Positions 1 to 10,112 of a stretch of DNA of 64,000 bases are shown here, piece by piece. Location of the stretch: contig OY729426.1 of assembly GCA_963422365.1 (NCBI GenBank), forward strand, positions 96,001 to 160,000, given 5' to 3'. This DNA is from Nitrospirales bacterium (GTDB lineage Bacteria; Nitrospirota; Nitrospiria; Nitrospirales; UBA8639). The notes beneath the pieces are model-generated. The model saw nothing but the letters and a program-made list of their open reading frames with translations. It was not told the origin of the DNA and searched no databases. The position numbers and the translations under genes are program-made. Every line of letters begins with the position of its first letter. The first letter of the stretch is position 1.

Positions 1-1304
1 CCGCCAGGTGTGGCCGTGGGAGCGGATACGGCCCAATCCCCCACCCTGTGCGTTTGTCGAGAACGTAGCCAGGAAGAAGCATGCGAAAGTGCGCTATGGT
101 CAACAGAGAGGCCTCTTTCAATGAACGCATTGACGGTTAACGCCGTATCCCAAACGGGGGAATGGCAAGGTTGCAGGTAAAGCGTGGACGGTGTCCGGCC
201 ATCGGCTGACGCTGACGTTTCAATCTCCAGGGACTCGATTTCCCGAATTGCTTTTTGGATGAACGGATGCGTCACGGGGTATCCGAGAGCCACCAAGGCG
301 AAGATCGAATTTGCCATGGCCGGGTAAATCGCCCCAAGTCCCCCTTCACCCTGCATATGTTTCAGCAACCAAGCCTCGGCTTTCTTAATCGCTTTTTTCC
401 GTATGGAAAGAAGAGGATATTTTTCATAAATCTTGAGAACTCCATCGATCCAAACAAAAAAGTTCCGCCAACTCATGAACTCACGATCTTTTTGAAACGG
501 TGGTGCGTTTCGATAGTTAATGTGACCCCGAGGCATACAGAACAACTCTTCAATCCCTTGTTCTGCAGGAATTCGGCATTCTCGGCGAATGGCAAAAACA
601 ATAAGCAGAGGAATAACCACGGCTCTGGACCAATACGAGATGGCATAGATATTAAAAGAAAACTTTTGGGGCACCAGCACGATTTCTGGAGGCATGCTCG
701 GGAGACCGATCCAATCGTATTGTCCAAACAAGGCCAACGTAATTTTCGTAAACACATTGGCTGACACAACACCGCCTTTTGCTAAAATCGCCAGTCTGGC
801 TCGACACATCCCCGGATCATCTTGTGGGACCCCAGCCAATTTCAAAGCAAAGTAGGCTTTGACTGAGGCACTGACTTCCATGGGGCCGCCGGTATAAATT
901 GGCCACCCACCCTCTTCGAGTTGGGTGCCTTGAAGATAGCAAACCATTTGGGCTTCCCGATTTCTATCAACGGCACCGATATACCGACGCAACATCACAT
1001 ACTCCGAGGTCAACGTCGTATCCGCCTCTAATGCCTCAACCCAATATCCGTCTTCAGGATGCTGTTGTTCGAAAAGCCATGTCGTACTCCGCGCCAAGGC
1101 TTCTTCTACTGCTTCCGCATGTCCAACGGTCGATGGCGCAGAACGCCCCTGAATGAATTTTAGTCCCCTTGCAACATCAGGGTTATTCGAGACAAGCTTC
1201 AATGAAGGGTTGTGCGACTTCCAATGACGGGATCGTAATCGATGGGGGACAGAGGTAAAAAAACTCTCAGACAGTCGTCCTAGGAGACTTTTGAGGAGGT
1301 CCAT
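1..1304 (-). CDS. shc: Squalene-hopene cyclase, 5' part (runs off the window start)
   Basis: Translated by hand, not in the ORF track. Begins MDLLKSLLGRLS, contains WLFEQQHPEDGYWVEALEADTTLTSEY and LQPCHSPVWDTAL, which are typical SHC motifs. Confidence 0.93.
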   Translation of the reverse strand, partial: MDLLKSLLGRLSESFFTSVPHRLRSRHWKSHNPSLKLVSNNPDVARGLKFIQGRSAPSTVGHAEAVEEALARSTTWLFEQQHPEDGYWVEALEADTTLTSEYVMLRRYIGAVDRNREAQMVCYLQGTQLEEGGWPIYTGGPMEVSASVKAYFALKLAGVPQDDPGMCRARLAILAKGGVVSANVFTKITLALFGQYDWIGLPSMPPEIVLVPQKFSFNIYAISYWSRAVVIPLLIVFAIRRECRIPAEQGIEELFCMPRGHINYRNAPPFQKDREFMSWRNFFVWIDGVLKIYEKYPLLSIRKKAIKKAEAWLLKHMQGEGGLGAIYPAMANSIFALVALGYPVTHPFIQKAIREIESLEIETSASADGRTPSTLYLQPCHSPVWDTALTVNAFIERGLSVDHSALSHASSWLRSRQTHRVGDWAVSAPTATPG

Positions 1305-1457
1305 ATCTCAATGGTATGATTACAGGATATGTCGAGAGACGTGTACAGAACCAACGACTAGAAATTTTCAGGCGACTCATTCTTCGACACTGATCGAACA
1401 GATTATTGGCTTATAGCAGACCCTCTCGAAGAGAGTCAAGCATAGTACCGTCTGACA

Positions 1458-1495
1458 TTGAGAAAACCGACCAAGTTTGAGAAAACCGACCAAGT
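1458..1495. repeat. Perfect 19-bp tandem duplication (TTGAGAAAACCGACCAAGT x2)
   Basis: Copies at 1458-1476 and 1477-1495 in the pilin-shc intergenic region. Confidence 0.95.
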
Positions 1496-1602
1496 GAAGG
1501 ACCATCATGAATGTGACGGTGAAGAGGACTGCACATTTCCACTACATTGCCCTGGCACTTCACGGCTGAGGCCGTCTTATCCCAACCGACGGAAAGGGGG
1601 GA

Positions 1603-2058
1603 CTATAAGACAACATCATTCGTGACATTCAGCAACGTTTTGTTCTCATCGATGGTCCACACGTCACAGGTGGCATCGTTATCAACATTGCCAATCGCCA
1701 CGGCCGTAAACTCGGTATCAGACACCGTACTCTCGGTATCCTCCTTGGAGGGGGTACACCCGCTAGGCAATGTTCCTGAATGATTCTCCCCCAACTTGTA
1801 GGAATATCGTTGCAAGACCCCGGTCACGGCAAATCCTATGGCATTGAAGTTATCACTATACGTGTCATATTCGGCAAAATAGGCCATCTCCCCCGTATGA
1901 ATCGCCACGAGATTGTTTTTGGCTTCTAGTTGTTTGGCTCGCGCTTGATATTGAAGAAAATTGGGAATGGCAATCGCAGCCAAAATGCCGATGATGGCCA
2001 CGACAATCATCAGCTCGGTCAAACTAAACCCTCGCTGATTGCGGATGGCATGAACCAT
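1603..2058 (-). CDS. Type IV pilin / prepilin
   Basis: Class III signal QRG|FSLTELMIVVAIIGILAAIAIPNF, two C-terminal Cys, AGGAGG RBS upstream of ATG 2058. Confidence 0.93.
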   Translation of the reverse strand: MVHAIRNQRGFSLTELMIVVAIIGILAAIAIPNFLQYQARAKQLEAKNNLVAIHTGEMAYFAEYDTYSDNFNAIGFAVTGVLQRYSYKLGENHSGTLPSGCTPSKEDTESTVSDTEFTAVAIGNVDNDATCDVWTIDENKTLLNVTNDVVL

Positions 2059-2152
2059 ACGTTCCCTCCTTCTATATTGGCTACATTGAGCCCCTGCCTG
2101 CTTTGATGCAGATCTCACGCCATGACCTAATTGATGACTTGCTGAAGGGTGC

Positions 2153-4018
2153 CTAGGGAACAGGGGCTCCGAGAAGCACGGGATCCGCGTATTGGCTCAC
2201 TTGCGCGTCATCCTTCGACCGCTCCCCTTTCAAAACAGGCGGATTCCCAAAGCCCACCTCACGAAATCGTTTGATGAGTTTCTCATTGCGAGGCTCTAAT
2301 TCCAGAGACCGGATCCAGGCATCTTTAGCTGCTGCTTGATGATCTTGCGTCAGATAAATTTCTCCCAAATGCTCAAAAATGACCGGGTCATCTTTGACGA
2401 TCTCAGCTGCTCGCTTAATTTTTTGGAGGGCTTCGGCCACCCGCCCAACTTTGAACAACGCCCATCCTAAACTATCGATATACGCACCATTGTCCGGCTT
2501 GAGCGCAACAGCGCGTTGAGTGAATTCCACGGCTTCTTCCCCATGGATGCCTCGATCAGCATAACTATAGCCCAGGTAATTGAGCGCGTCGGCATGTTCA
2601 GGATTGAGCGTCAGTACGGTCTCCATTGTTCGAACCACGTCTGGGAACCGGTCCAGCTTGTCATACGCGGCACCAAGATTAAATCGCAGCGTTTCATCTT
2701 TGGGGTGATGTTCCAGCCCCTTTTCAAGCACAGACGTAGCCTGTTCAAATTGCTCGATTTGCAGGTAACTCAATCCCAACAAAAGATACGTCTCCGGATT
2801 ACCGGGTTTGAGCTCAACCGCTTGGGCTAAATGCAGCGCGGCTTCATCAAAACGTGTGAGTCGATACAGCAGAAAACCCAAGTGAAGACGGCTGTCATGA
2901 AAAGTCGGATCCACATGGATATTGGTCCGATACGATTCAATCGCCCTCTCAAAATCGTCGATTTGTTCGTACATCCACCCCAGATAATCCCGAACCCGAA
3001 GCTCGGACGGATGGGCCTGGACAATCCGGTTCAACCCCGCAATCGCACGGTGGGGGTCTTTCATCTCCACATAGACGAGAGCCCTTTGGATTTGCACTTT
3101 CACGTCCTCGGGGTCATCCGCCGTCATTTGATTAAGCATATCCAATGCGCGCGCGTAGTCTTTTTGTTTCACCAAAAGACGGACAAAGTCCTTACGGAAC
3201 GTATTGTTGCCCGGAGTGGCCGACGAAACAAACGGCTCATACAGCCGAATAGCTTCCTGAATTTCCCCATCGGATTCGTACAACTTGAGCAAGGCTCGAT
3301 ACGCTGGCTCAAATCGCTCAGCCCTGGTGATCGCTTGGCGGTATGCTTCCTTGGCTTCGACTCTCTTGCCTTGGGCCTCAAAGGCCTTTCCTCGGTAGAA
3401 ATATCCGAGATGCGACTCCGGCGTATAGGAAATACCCTGGGCAAAAGCCTCTTCAGCCTGTAGGGGTTGCTTAAGATTGAGCAGCAGCACCCCTCTGGCA
3501 AAATAGGTCTCCCCACGTTCAGGATTCACACGGACCGCTTCATCATATAACCCTAACGCGCGATCAAAGTTCCCTCCGCCTGCATAGATTTTGGCCATTT
3601 CAGTCAGCACGACCGCATCCTGCACACGAGTGGGTTGGATACGATCTAACGTGGCCATTGCTTTTTGCATCTTCCCCGACAAAAACTGCAACGCGGCTAA
3701 CCTCACGCGTAGAAAGACCGACTCCGAGTCAACCTGCAGGGCAGCGCGATACTCGAAAATGGCCTTGGGGACATCATTCGCAAGTTCTGCTAAATAGCCT
3801 TGTAAAAAATGATAATACGCTGGAGCAAGACGGGGTTGAGAGACGAATTCGGGTTCGGTGATGGAGTCGCTTGGAGGCTCAGGCACCGCGGCACACGATA
3901 CCACGATCAGAGGAACGAGGAGGCACGTGACTGCCACCCGTTCTTGCCATCCGCCGGGCAGTACGCCCGATCCTTTAGAAAACCACCGGTTGGTTTGTCT
4001 TGAATGTATATGTATCAT
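2153..4018 (-). CDS. TPR-repeat (lipo)protein
   Basis: Many TPR units, lipobox-like VVSC, C-terminal ADALNYLGYSYAD...YIDSLGWALFK...IFEHLGEIY. Confidence 0.9.
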   Translation of the reverse strand: MIHIHSRQTNRWFSKGSGVLPGGWQERVAVTCLLVPLIVVSCAAVPEPPSDSITEPEFVSQPRLAPAYYHFLQGYLAELANDVPKAIFEYRAALQVDSESVFLRVRLAALQFLSGKMQKAMATLDRIQPTRVQDAVVLTEMAKIYAGGGNFDRALGLYDEAVRVNPERGETYFARGVLLLNLKQPLQAEEAFAQGISYTPESHLGYFYRGKAFEAQGKRVEAKEAYRQAITRAERFEPAYRALLKLYESDGEIQEAIRLYEPFVSSATPGNNTFRKDFVRLLVKQKDYARALDMLNQMTADDPEDVKVQIQRALVYVEMKDPHRAIAGLNRIVQAHPSELRVRDYLGWMYEQIDDFERAIESYRTNIHVDPTFHDSRLHLGFLLYRLTRFDEAALHLAQAVELKPGNPETYLLLGLSYLQIEQFEQATSVLEKGLEHHPKDETLRFNLGAAYDKLDRFPDVVRTMETVLTLNPEHADALNYLGYSYADRGIHGEEAVEFTQRAVALKPDNGAYIDSLGWALFKVGRVAEALQKIKRAAEIVKDDPVIFEHLGEIYLTQDHQAAAKDAWIRSLELEPRNEKLIKRFREVGFGNPPVLKGERSKDDAQVSQYADPVLLGAPVP

Positions 4019-4041
4019 CTCGCCTTCATCAATCGCGGATC

Positions 4042-5391
4042 TTATGTCTGAAGGTGATGGCTCTCGAGATTGGCAAATTTCGCATACCGATCTTGGAAGG
4101 TCAGTTGCCGATCACCCGTCGGCCCATTGCGATGTTTCCGAATCAAAATATCGGCAATGCCTTTTTCCTCTGTATCCGGATTATAAACCTCCTCGCGATA
4201 AATGAACATCACGATATCGGCATCCTGTTCAATGGCCCCGGATTCCCGTAGATCAGAGAGGACGGGCCGTTTATCGATCCTGTTTTCCACGGCCCGGCTC
4301 AACTGGGAGAGTGCCAACACTGGAATATCCAATTCCTTGGCCAAGGCTTTTAACGATCGACTGATAACTGAAATTTCCTGTTGTCGAGATTCTGCTTGAC
4401 TGTGCCCCTGCATGAGTTGGAGATAATCGATGATCAAGAGATCCAGGCCCTGCTCCGCTTTGAGGCGACGAGCCTTGCCCCGCATTTGCTGCACCGTGAG
4501 CCCGCCGGAATCATCGATAAAAATCTTGGCCCTCTCCAAGCGATCCGCCGCATCACACAGCGAACGCCAATCTTCAGACGTCAGTTGCCCCGTCCTCAAG
4601 GCATGAGAATCTAAGCACGCCTGGGAACTGAGCATACGCAGAACCAACTGGGCTTGAGACATTTCCAGGCTAAAAATGCCCACGGTTAAATTCGCGCGAA
4701 TCGCGGCATATTCGGCCATTCCCAAGGCCAGACTGGTTTTCCCCATACTCGGACGACCGGCAATAACAATGAGATCGGACGGCTGCAACCCAGCCGTCAG
4801 ATCGTCAATCACACGGTACCCGGTCGGAACTCCTGTAATTCTTTCTTTGCGGCTAAATAATCGATCGACAATCTCAACACTTTCCTTAATGATTTGATGC
4901 ATGGCGACAAACGACCGATCCACGCGTCCTTGGCCCAGCCTAAAGATCTCCCGTTCCGCATATTCCAAGAGGTCAACCGACTCCACATGCGCATCATACC
5001 CTTTGGAGACCACGTCGGTGGCCACGCGGATCAACCCACGCAACAGGGATTTTTCCCGCACAATTTTGCAATGGTATCGTATATTGGACGCACTGGGGAC
5101 CGCCTGCACCAATTCAGCAACATAGGCAGCACCGCCCACCTGTTCCAATTGGGCTTTCGTTTTCAGGAGTTCCGTTAACGTGATCTGATCAACCACTTCA
5201 TTCCGTTCAGACAATTCAAGCATCCCCGCAAAAATGGTGCGATGAGCCCCACGATGAAAGTCTTCTTCGACAATCAATTCGATCGCCTTATTGAGCGCCC
5301 TGTTTTCCAACAGGATAGCTCCGAGGACGGATTGCTCGGCATCAAGATTCTGAGGCGGAAGACGAAGATCAGAGACGTCAGATGTGAGCAT
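4042..5391 (-). CDS. dnaB: Replicative DNA helicase DnaB
   Basis: PPQNLDAEQSVLG, GRPSMGKT, IIDYLQLM, LSQLSR, DLRESGAIEQDAD. Confidence 0.98.
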   Translation of the reverse strand: MLTSDVSDLRLPPQNLDAEQSVLGAILLENRALNKAIELIVEEDFHRGAHRTIFAGMLELSERNEVVDQITLTELLKTKAQLEQVGGAAYVAELVQAVPSASNIRYHCKIVREKSLLRGLIRVATDVVSKGYDAHVESVDLLEYAEREIFRLGQGRVDRSFVAMHQIIKESVEIVDRLFSRKERITGVPTGYRVIDDLTAGLQPSDLIVIAGRPSMGKTSLALGMAEYAAIRANLTVGIFSLEMSQAQLVLRMLSSQACLDSHALRTGQLTSEDWRSLCDAADRLERAKIFIDDSGGLTVQQMRGKARRLKAEQGLDLLIIDYLQLMQGHSQAESRQQEISVISRSLKALAKELDIPVLALSQLSRAVENRIDKRPVLSDLRESGAIEQDADIVMFIYREEVYNPDTEEKGIADILIRKHRNGPTGDRQLTFQDRYAKFANLESHHLQT

Positions 5392-6745
5392 GCGTACCGT
5401 TGAGGAGCAGGCTGGGAAGATCTTGGATGCCGACTGTTTGTGAGGCGTTTGCTTGTGTCTTTTTCGCTATGACCAAGGCTTCTTGGCTCGACAAAGAAGG
5501 CACGCCCACCATCACGGCCCAGGATACGCTGGAAGTTTGGACACGGGTTCGAATCATTTTGAGTCGGGTCGAATCCCACCGAGGCACGGTTTCATGATGC
5601 ACCACCAACCCGTGCGAGCGAAGGAGCTGACTTGTTTGAAACGCTTGGCCAAAGTGGGAACGAGGCGCCACCACTAATACGCGAGGGGGGTCTAACGCCC
5701 ATTCCTTTCCCCCTCCGTCAAACGCATGGAATAATCGATCGAGATCCAAGGCAAATCCCGTAGAAGGGAGATCTTGCCCAAATTGTCCGATCAAATGGTT
5801 ATAGCGTCCGCCGCCGCCGAGTTCACAACCGACATTGGCAGAAAACACATCAAACACGACTCCATCATAGTAATCAAAGCCCCGAAACTCTCCCAGATCC
5901 AGGAGCAGATGCTCCTTGACGCCGGCTGCATCGAGAAGAGCATAAACGTTGGTCAACCGCTCAAGGGGGGTCAGCAACCGAGTATTACGACCGGCAATGG
6001 CTCGGCCCCATTGCAATACTTCCTCTCGCCCATAACGCCCCGGCGCTTCAAGAAGCGCTCGGGCTTGCTTGCGTGCCACGCGTTCGGTTTTCAAGATTCG
6101 TTCGAGTTGCGGCAAGTCTTTATGCGCAGCGGCGAGTTCCGCCTGCTTGCGCCCCTGTTCCGACAGACCCGAATGCGCCAGCAACGCCTGATAGAAACCG
6201 ACGTGTCCGAGTGAAATTTTGAAATCCCATAGCCCAACGGCCTTCAGAGACTCAATGAGCAAAGTCAAAATTTCGGCATCCATCGACGCGTCATCGACGC
6301 CAATCAGTTCGACCCCCAACTGAAACACTTCCCGCTCACGGCCAGCATGTTCGGGCTCATATCGAAACACGGTGGAGCGGTAACTCAACCGAAGGGGAAG
6401 TTGTCGTCCGGCCATCCCCATCGCCACAATTTTCGCGATTTGCGCGGTCACATCAGGACGAAGCACTAAAATGCGTCCGGTCGTCCAATCGGCGACTTTG
6501 TAACACTTTTCGAGGATATCAGCCGGCAACCCGGCAGAGAGCACGTCCAGATATTCAAAGGTTGGTGGGATAATTTCGCGATAGCCCCATTGGGTAAAAC
6601 CCTCAAATAACACGCGTTCCAAATGACGGACGCGTTCAGCCGCATCAGGCAGCAGGGTCGTCATCCCAATTGGGATCAGGGAACGGGGTACTGTTCCTAA
6701 AGAAACCGCGTGGCGCTCCGAGTGTGGGTGGAGACGGCGAGCCAT
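5378..6745 (-). CDS. hisZ: ATP phosphoribosyltransferase regulatory subunit
   Basis: HisRS-like motifs LRPDVTAQIA, REVFQLGVELIG, FDYYDGVVF, GGGRYNHL. Start position is uncertain. Confidence 0.9.
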   Translation of the reverse strand: MARRLHPHSERHAVSLGTVPRSLIPIGMTTLLPDAAERVRHLERVLFEGFTQWGYREIIPPTFEYLDVLSAGLPADILEKCYKVADWTTGRILVLRPDVTAQIAKIVAMGMAGRQLPLRLSYRSTVFRYEPEHAGREREVFQLGVELIGVDDASMDAEILTLLIESLKAVGLWDFKISLGHVGFYQALLAHSGLSEQGRKQAELAAAHKDLPQLERILKTERVARKQARALLEAPGRYGREEVLQWGRAIAGRNTRLLTPLERLTNVYALLDAAGVKEHLLLDLGEFRGFDYYDGVVFDVFSANVGCELGGGGRYNHLIGQFGQDLPSTGFALDLDRLFHAFDGGGKEWALDPPRVLVVAPRSHFGQAFQTSQLLRSHGLVVHHETVPRWDSTRLKMIRTRVQTSSVSWAVMVGVPSLSSQEALVIAKKTQANASQTVGIQDLPSLLLNGTHAHI

Positions 6746-6761
6746 CGAAAAGAGAGGACCG

Positions 6762-8354
6762 TTAAGGCACGCGTGACAGATCGACAAGGCGAACGGAAAG
6801 AATGTCCTGCTCACGCTTGACGCTCTCCATCACGTGAAGAGGGGGCGGTTCATCTAACCCAATGATCAACAACGCATGGCTTCCCTTTTGCGCACGAGAG
6901 CATTGCATCCGGGCAATATTCATGTCGTGTTCCCCGAGAATACGCCCAACCGTTCCAATAACACCCGGACGGTCGACGTTATAGATCAACAGCATATAGC
7001 CTTCGGGAATCACCTCGACCGCATACGCATTGCTTTCAATAATGCGAGGATCCTTTTTATGATACAGGGTTCCGGCCAATTGATGCGTTTGTGTACCGAC
7101 TGTCACGTGAAGACGAATCACGCTCGTATAATCTCCCGCATCGCTCCCCTTCACTTCCTTGACCTCGATGCCACGTTTCTTCGCAATAAAGGGCGCATTC
7201 ACGGCATTCACCCCATCTTGTAAAATCGGGGCCAACAAGCCCTTTAAGACCGAGACCGTCAGAGGAGCCAAGGAAAGATTCGCTACCTCTCCGCTACATT
7301 CCACAGTGACCTGTTCAATGCCTCCATCAATCAGTTGCGCTTGAAATAACCCCATCCGCTCGGCCAACCCCAGGTAGGGATGGAGTTGAAGCAAGACCTC
7401 AGGGGGAACCGAAGGAACATTCACCGCACCCCGGGACACGCCTTTCTTAAAATAGTCTACGAATTGTTCGGCAATCGCGACGGCGACATTTTCCTGGGCT
7501 TCCTCGGTCGAGGCCCCGATATGAGGCGTACAGATAAAGTTATCCAGGGCAAGCAAGGGATGATCCGGGTTCACGGGCTCCTCGGCAAACACATCGAATG
7601 CCGCCCCAGCGACTTTTTTACTTGTGAGTGCCTCATACATATCTTGTTCATTGATGATGCCCCCACGCGCACAATTCACAATCATCACCCCGTCTTTCAT
7701 TTGTTGTATGGCTTGGGCATTAATCAAAGACCGCGTTTCATTGGTCAAAGGGGTATGAACCGAGATAAAATCGGCCCGTCTCAATAACTCGTCCAATTCC
7801 ACGGTCTCGATTCCCAACACACGCGCACGCCCCGGAGCTAAATAGGGGTCATAGCCTATCACCTGCATGGCTAAGCCCTGTGCTAATTTGGTGACATAGG
7901 TTCCAATCTGGCCTAACCCTACGAGGCCGAGGGTTTTGTTGAACAACTCCGCCCCCATGAATTTACTTTTCTCCCACTTACCCGCCTTCGTCGAAGCGAC
8001 GGCTTGGGGAATTTTACGACTCATGGTCACAATCATGGCAATCGTGTGCTCTGCCGTCGTAATCGTATTCCCACCAGGCGTATTCATCACGACAATACCC
8101 CGACGAGTGGCGGCTTCACAATCAACGTTATCAAGGCCCGTCCCTGCGCGACCAATGATCTTAAGACGACGCCCGGCGTCAATGACGTCAGACGTCACCT
8201 TCGTGCCGGACCGAACAATGATTCCATCATAGTCTTTGATTTCTTCCAGAAGCTGTTCTTTAGACAGCTTGGTTTTTATCTCGGGGCGAAACCCTCCCTG
8301 TTCAAGAACGGCAACGCCCCGAGGCGATAAACTATCACTGACCAGAATTTTCAT
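6762..8354 (-). CDS. serA: D-3-phosphoglycerate dehydrogenase
   Basis: GRAGTGLDNVD, NTPGGNTITTAEH, PHIGASTEEAQ, C-terminal ACT domain (DRPGVIG). Confidence 0.97.
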   Translation of the reverse strand: MKILVSDSLSPRGVAVLEQGGFRPEIKTKLSKEQLLEEIKDYDGIIVRSGTKVTSDVIDAGRRLKIIGRAGTGLDNVDCEAATRRGIVVMNTPGGNTITTAEHTIAMIVTMSRKIPQAVASTKAGKWEKSKFMGAELFNKTLGLVGLGQIGTYVTKLAQGLAMQVIGYDPYLAPGRARVLGIETVELDELLRRADFISVHTPLTNETRSLINAQAIQQMKDGVMIVNCARGGIINEQDMYEALTSKKVAGAAFDVFAEEPVNPDHPLLALDNFICTPHIGASTEEAQENVAVAIAEQFVDYFKKGVSRGAVNVPSVPPEVLLQLHPYLGLAERMGLFQAQLIDGGIEQVTVECSGEVANLSLAPLTVSVLKGLLAPILQDGVNAVNAPFIAKKRGIEVKEVKGSDAGDYTSVIRLHVTVGTQTHQLAGTLYHKKDPRIIESNAYAVEVIPEGYMLLIYNVDRPGVIGTVGRILGEHDMNIARMQCSRAQKGSHALLIIGLDEPPPLHVMESVKREQDILSVRLVDLSRVP

Positions 8355-8364
8355 GGAATCTTCC

Positions 8365-9447
8365 CTACGCTTTCCGTTTTTCAAAATCTGCCATATAGTC
8401 AATTAAGGCATCCACGCCGGCTTCAGGCATGGCATTATAGATACTCGCACGCATACCGCCCACCGAACGATGCCCCTGTAGTGTGGTCAAGCCGGATTGC
8501 GCAGCTCCCGCGAGAAACTCCGAATCCAATTCCGGATTGGCCAAGACAAACGGCACATTCATCCAGGATCGACAGGGAGGGTCCACCGGGTTCCGATAGA
8601 AGCCGGAACCATCGATCGCAGCATACAGTTTCTTGGCCTTGCGTTCGTTGAGTTTGGCCATGGCCGAAAGTCCGCCTTGCTTCTTCAACCATTTAAAACC
8701 CAAGCCCGCGATATACAGGGCATAGGTCGGCGGGGTATTCAGCATGGACTCCGCTTTCGCCTGTTGCGCATAATCGAACACGCTGAGCGTCATCGGCAAC
8801 GCATCACCGATCAGGTCATCTCGCACAATCACCAACGTCATCCCGGCAGGGCCAATATTTTTTTGTGCCCCCGCATAAATCAACCCAAACCGACTCACAT
8901 CAATGGGGCGGGACAGGATGGTCGAAGAAAAATCAGCGACAAGCGGAACGTGCCCGGTCTCGGGCACCCAGTGAAACTCAACGCCGTCGATCGTTTCATT
9001 GGGGGTGTAATGCACATAGGCTGCCTCTGCACTCAACGACCAACTTTCAAATGAGGGGATGGTGGTGAATTGCTGGCTTTCGGAAGAAGCCGCGACCTTC
9101 ACTTCGCAATATTTCTTGGCCTCGCTAATGGCTTTTTTGCCCCAAGCCCCGGTCAAAAGGTAATCCGCCTTGCTTTTCCCGCGCAAAAGATTCATGGGAA
9201 TGGCGGCAAATTGTCCGGTCGCTCCCCCCTGCAAAAAGAGCACCTTGTACGTATCGGGAACCCCTAATAAGTCACGAACATCCTGTTCTGCCTCGGCAAA
9301 CACCGAGAGAAATTCTTGACTCCGATGGCTTAGCTCCATGACAGAGGATCCGGACCCATGCCAATCCGTCAATTCGGCCTGGGCTTGTTGTAAGACGGCC
9401 TCAGGCAACATGGCCGGCCCCGCGCTGAAATTATACACTCGCGACAT
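8365..9447 (-). CDS. serC: Phosphoserine aminotransferase
   Basis: MSRVYNFSAGPAMLP, AGAQKNIGPAG, NTPPT, GHRSVGGMRASIYNA. Confidence 0.97.
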   Translation of the reverse strand: MSRVYNFSAGPAMLPEAVLQQAQAELTDWHGSGSSVMELSHRSQEFLSVFAEAEQDVRDLLGVPDTYKVLFLQGGATGQFAAIPMNLLRGKSKADYLLTGAWGKKAISEAKKYCEVKVAASSESQQFTTIPSFESWSLSAEAAYVHYTPNETIDGVEFHWVPETGHVPLVADFSSTILSRPIDVSRFGLIYAGAQKNIGPAGMTLVIVRDDLIGDALPMTLSVFDYAQQAKAESMLNTPPTYALYIAGLGFKWLKKQGGLSAMAKLNERKAKKLYAAIDGSGFYRNPVDPPCRSWMNVPFVLANPELDSEFLAGAAQSGLTTLQGHRSVGGMRASIYNAMPEAGVDALIDYMADFEKRKA

Positions 9448-9769
9448 ACAAAACCTTTGGATGATGAAGCATGAAATCAATCACCAGGGTCCATGCGCTC
9501 CACCGGCGCCTGGATCAGTGCCGGTGGGACACTCTTTTCATCATGCAAAACCGGCACGAAACGCGGCTCGGCAATCAGGAATCTTCGTGTCGACTCATGC
9601 CGTGAATGGAAAGGAAATTACGCTACCACATGGTCTGGCAACGGTCAAGGACAAGAACCACAATAACTCCATGCCTCAACTTTTTTCACGAGAAATCGCC
9701 CTTGTCATGAGAACAACGGTTTGCCTACAATGTGACCCTTATACAAGTTTCAGTAACGGGGAATAGAGA

Positions 9770-10042
9770 ATGATGGACGGATTACGATTCGAACGTCGCA
9801 GTGAAGGAGATTATTATAATGTCATTCTTCACATCGGGAGCACGTATGTGCCGATCAGTGATGAGGACGTGAAAGAATTAAAAAAGAAAAGCAGGCTCTT
9901 AGGCGTTCAATTTCTGGAGTTTTTCTTGGACCGGATCGGGTATTCCTCTTACCTCAAAGCCCAAATCAAAACGGAATTACTAAAAATCGGCGATTCCTCC
10001 CAGCAGCTTTCTATGCTCCGGCAGTCGATACAAGAACTCTGA
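9770..10042 (+). CDS. Small hypothetical protein
   Basis: 90-aa ORF filling the gap between genes, with a purine-rich RBS and protein-like composition. Confidence 0.7.
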   Translation: MMDGLRFERRSEGDYYNVILHIGSTYVPISDEDVKELKKKSRLLGVQFLEFFLDRIGYSSYLKAQIKTELLKIGDSSQQLSMLRQSIQEL

Positions 10043-10112
10043 ATTTCGTTGTGAACGCGTTACGATCTTTTTTATCGTACCGGATCACGCGTTACGCTTC
10101 GCGCCTCTTCCC

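Noticed and set aside
255..1156. Plus-strand and short minus-strand ORFs at the window start
   Set aside because: They overlap the shc frame, which the ORF track missed because its stop lies outside the window.
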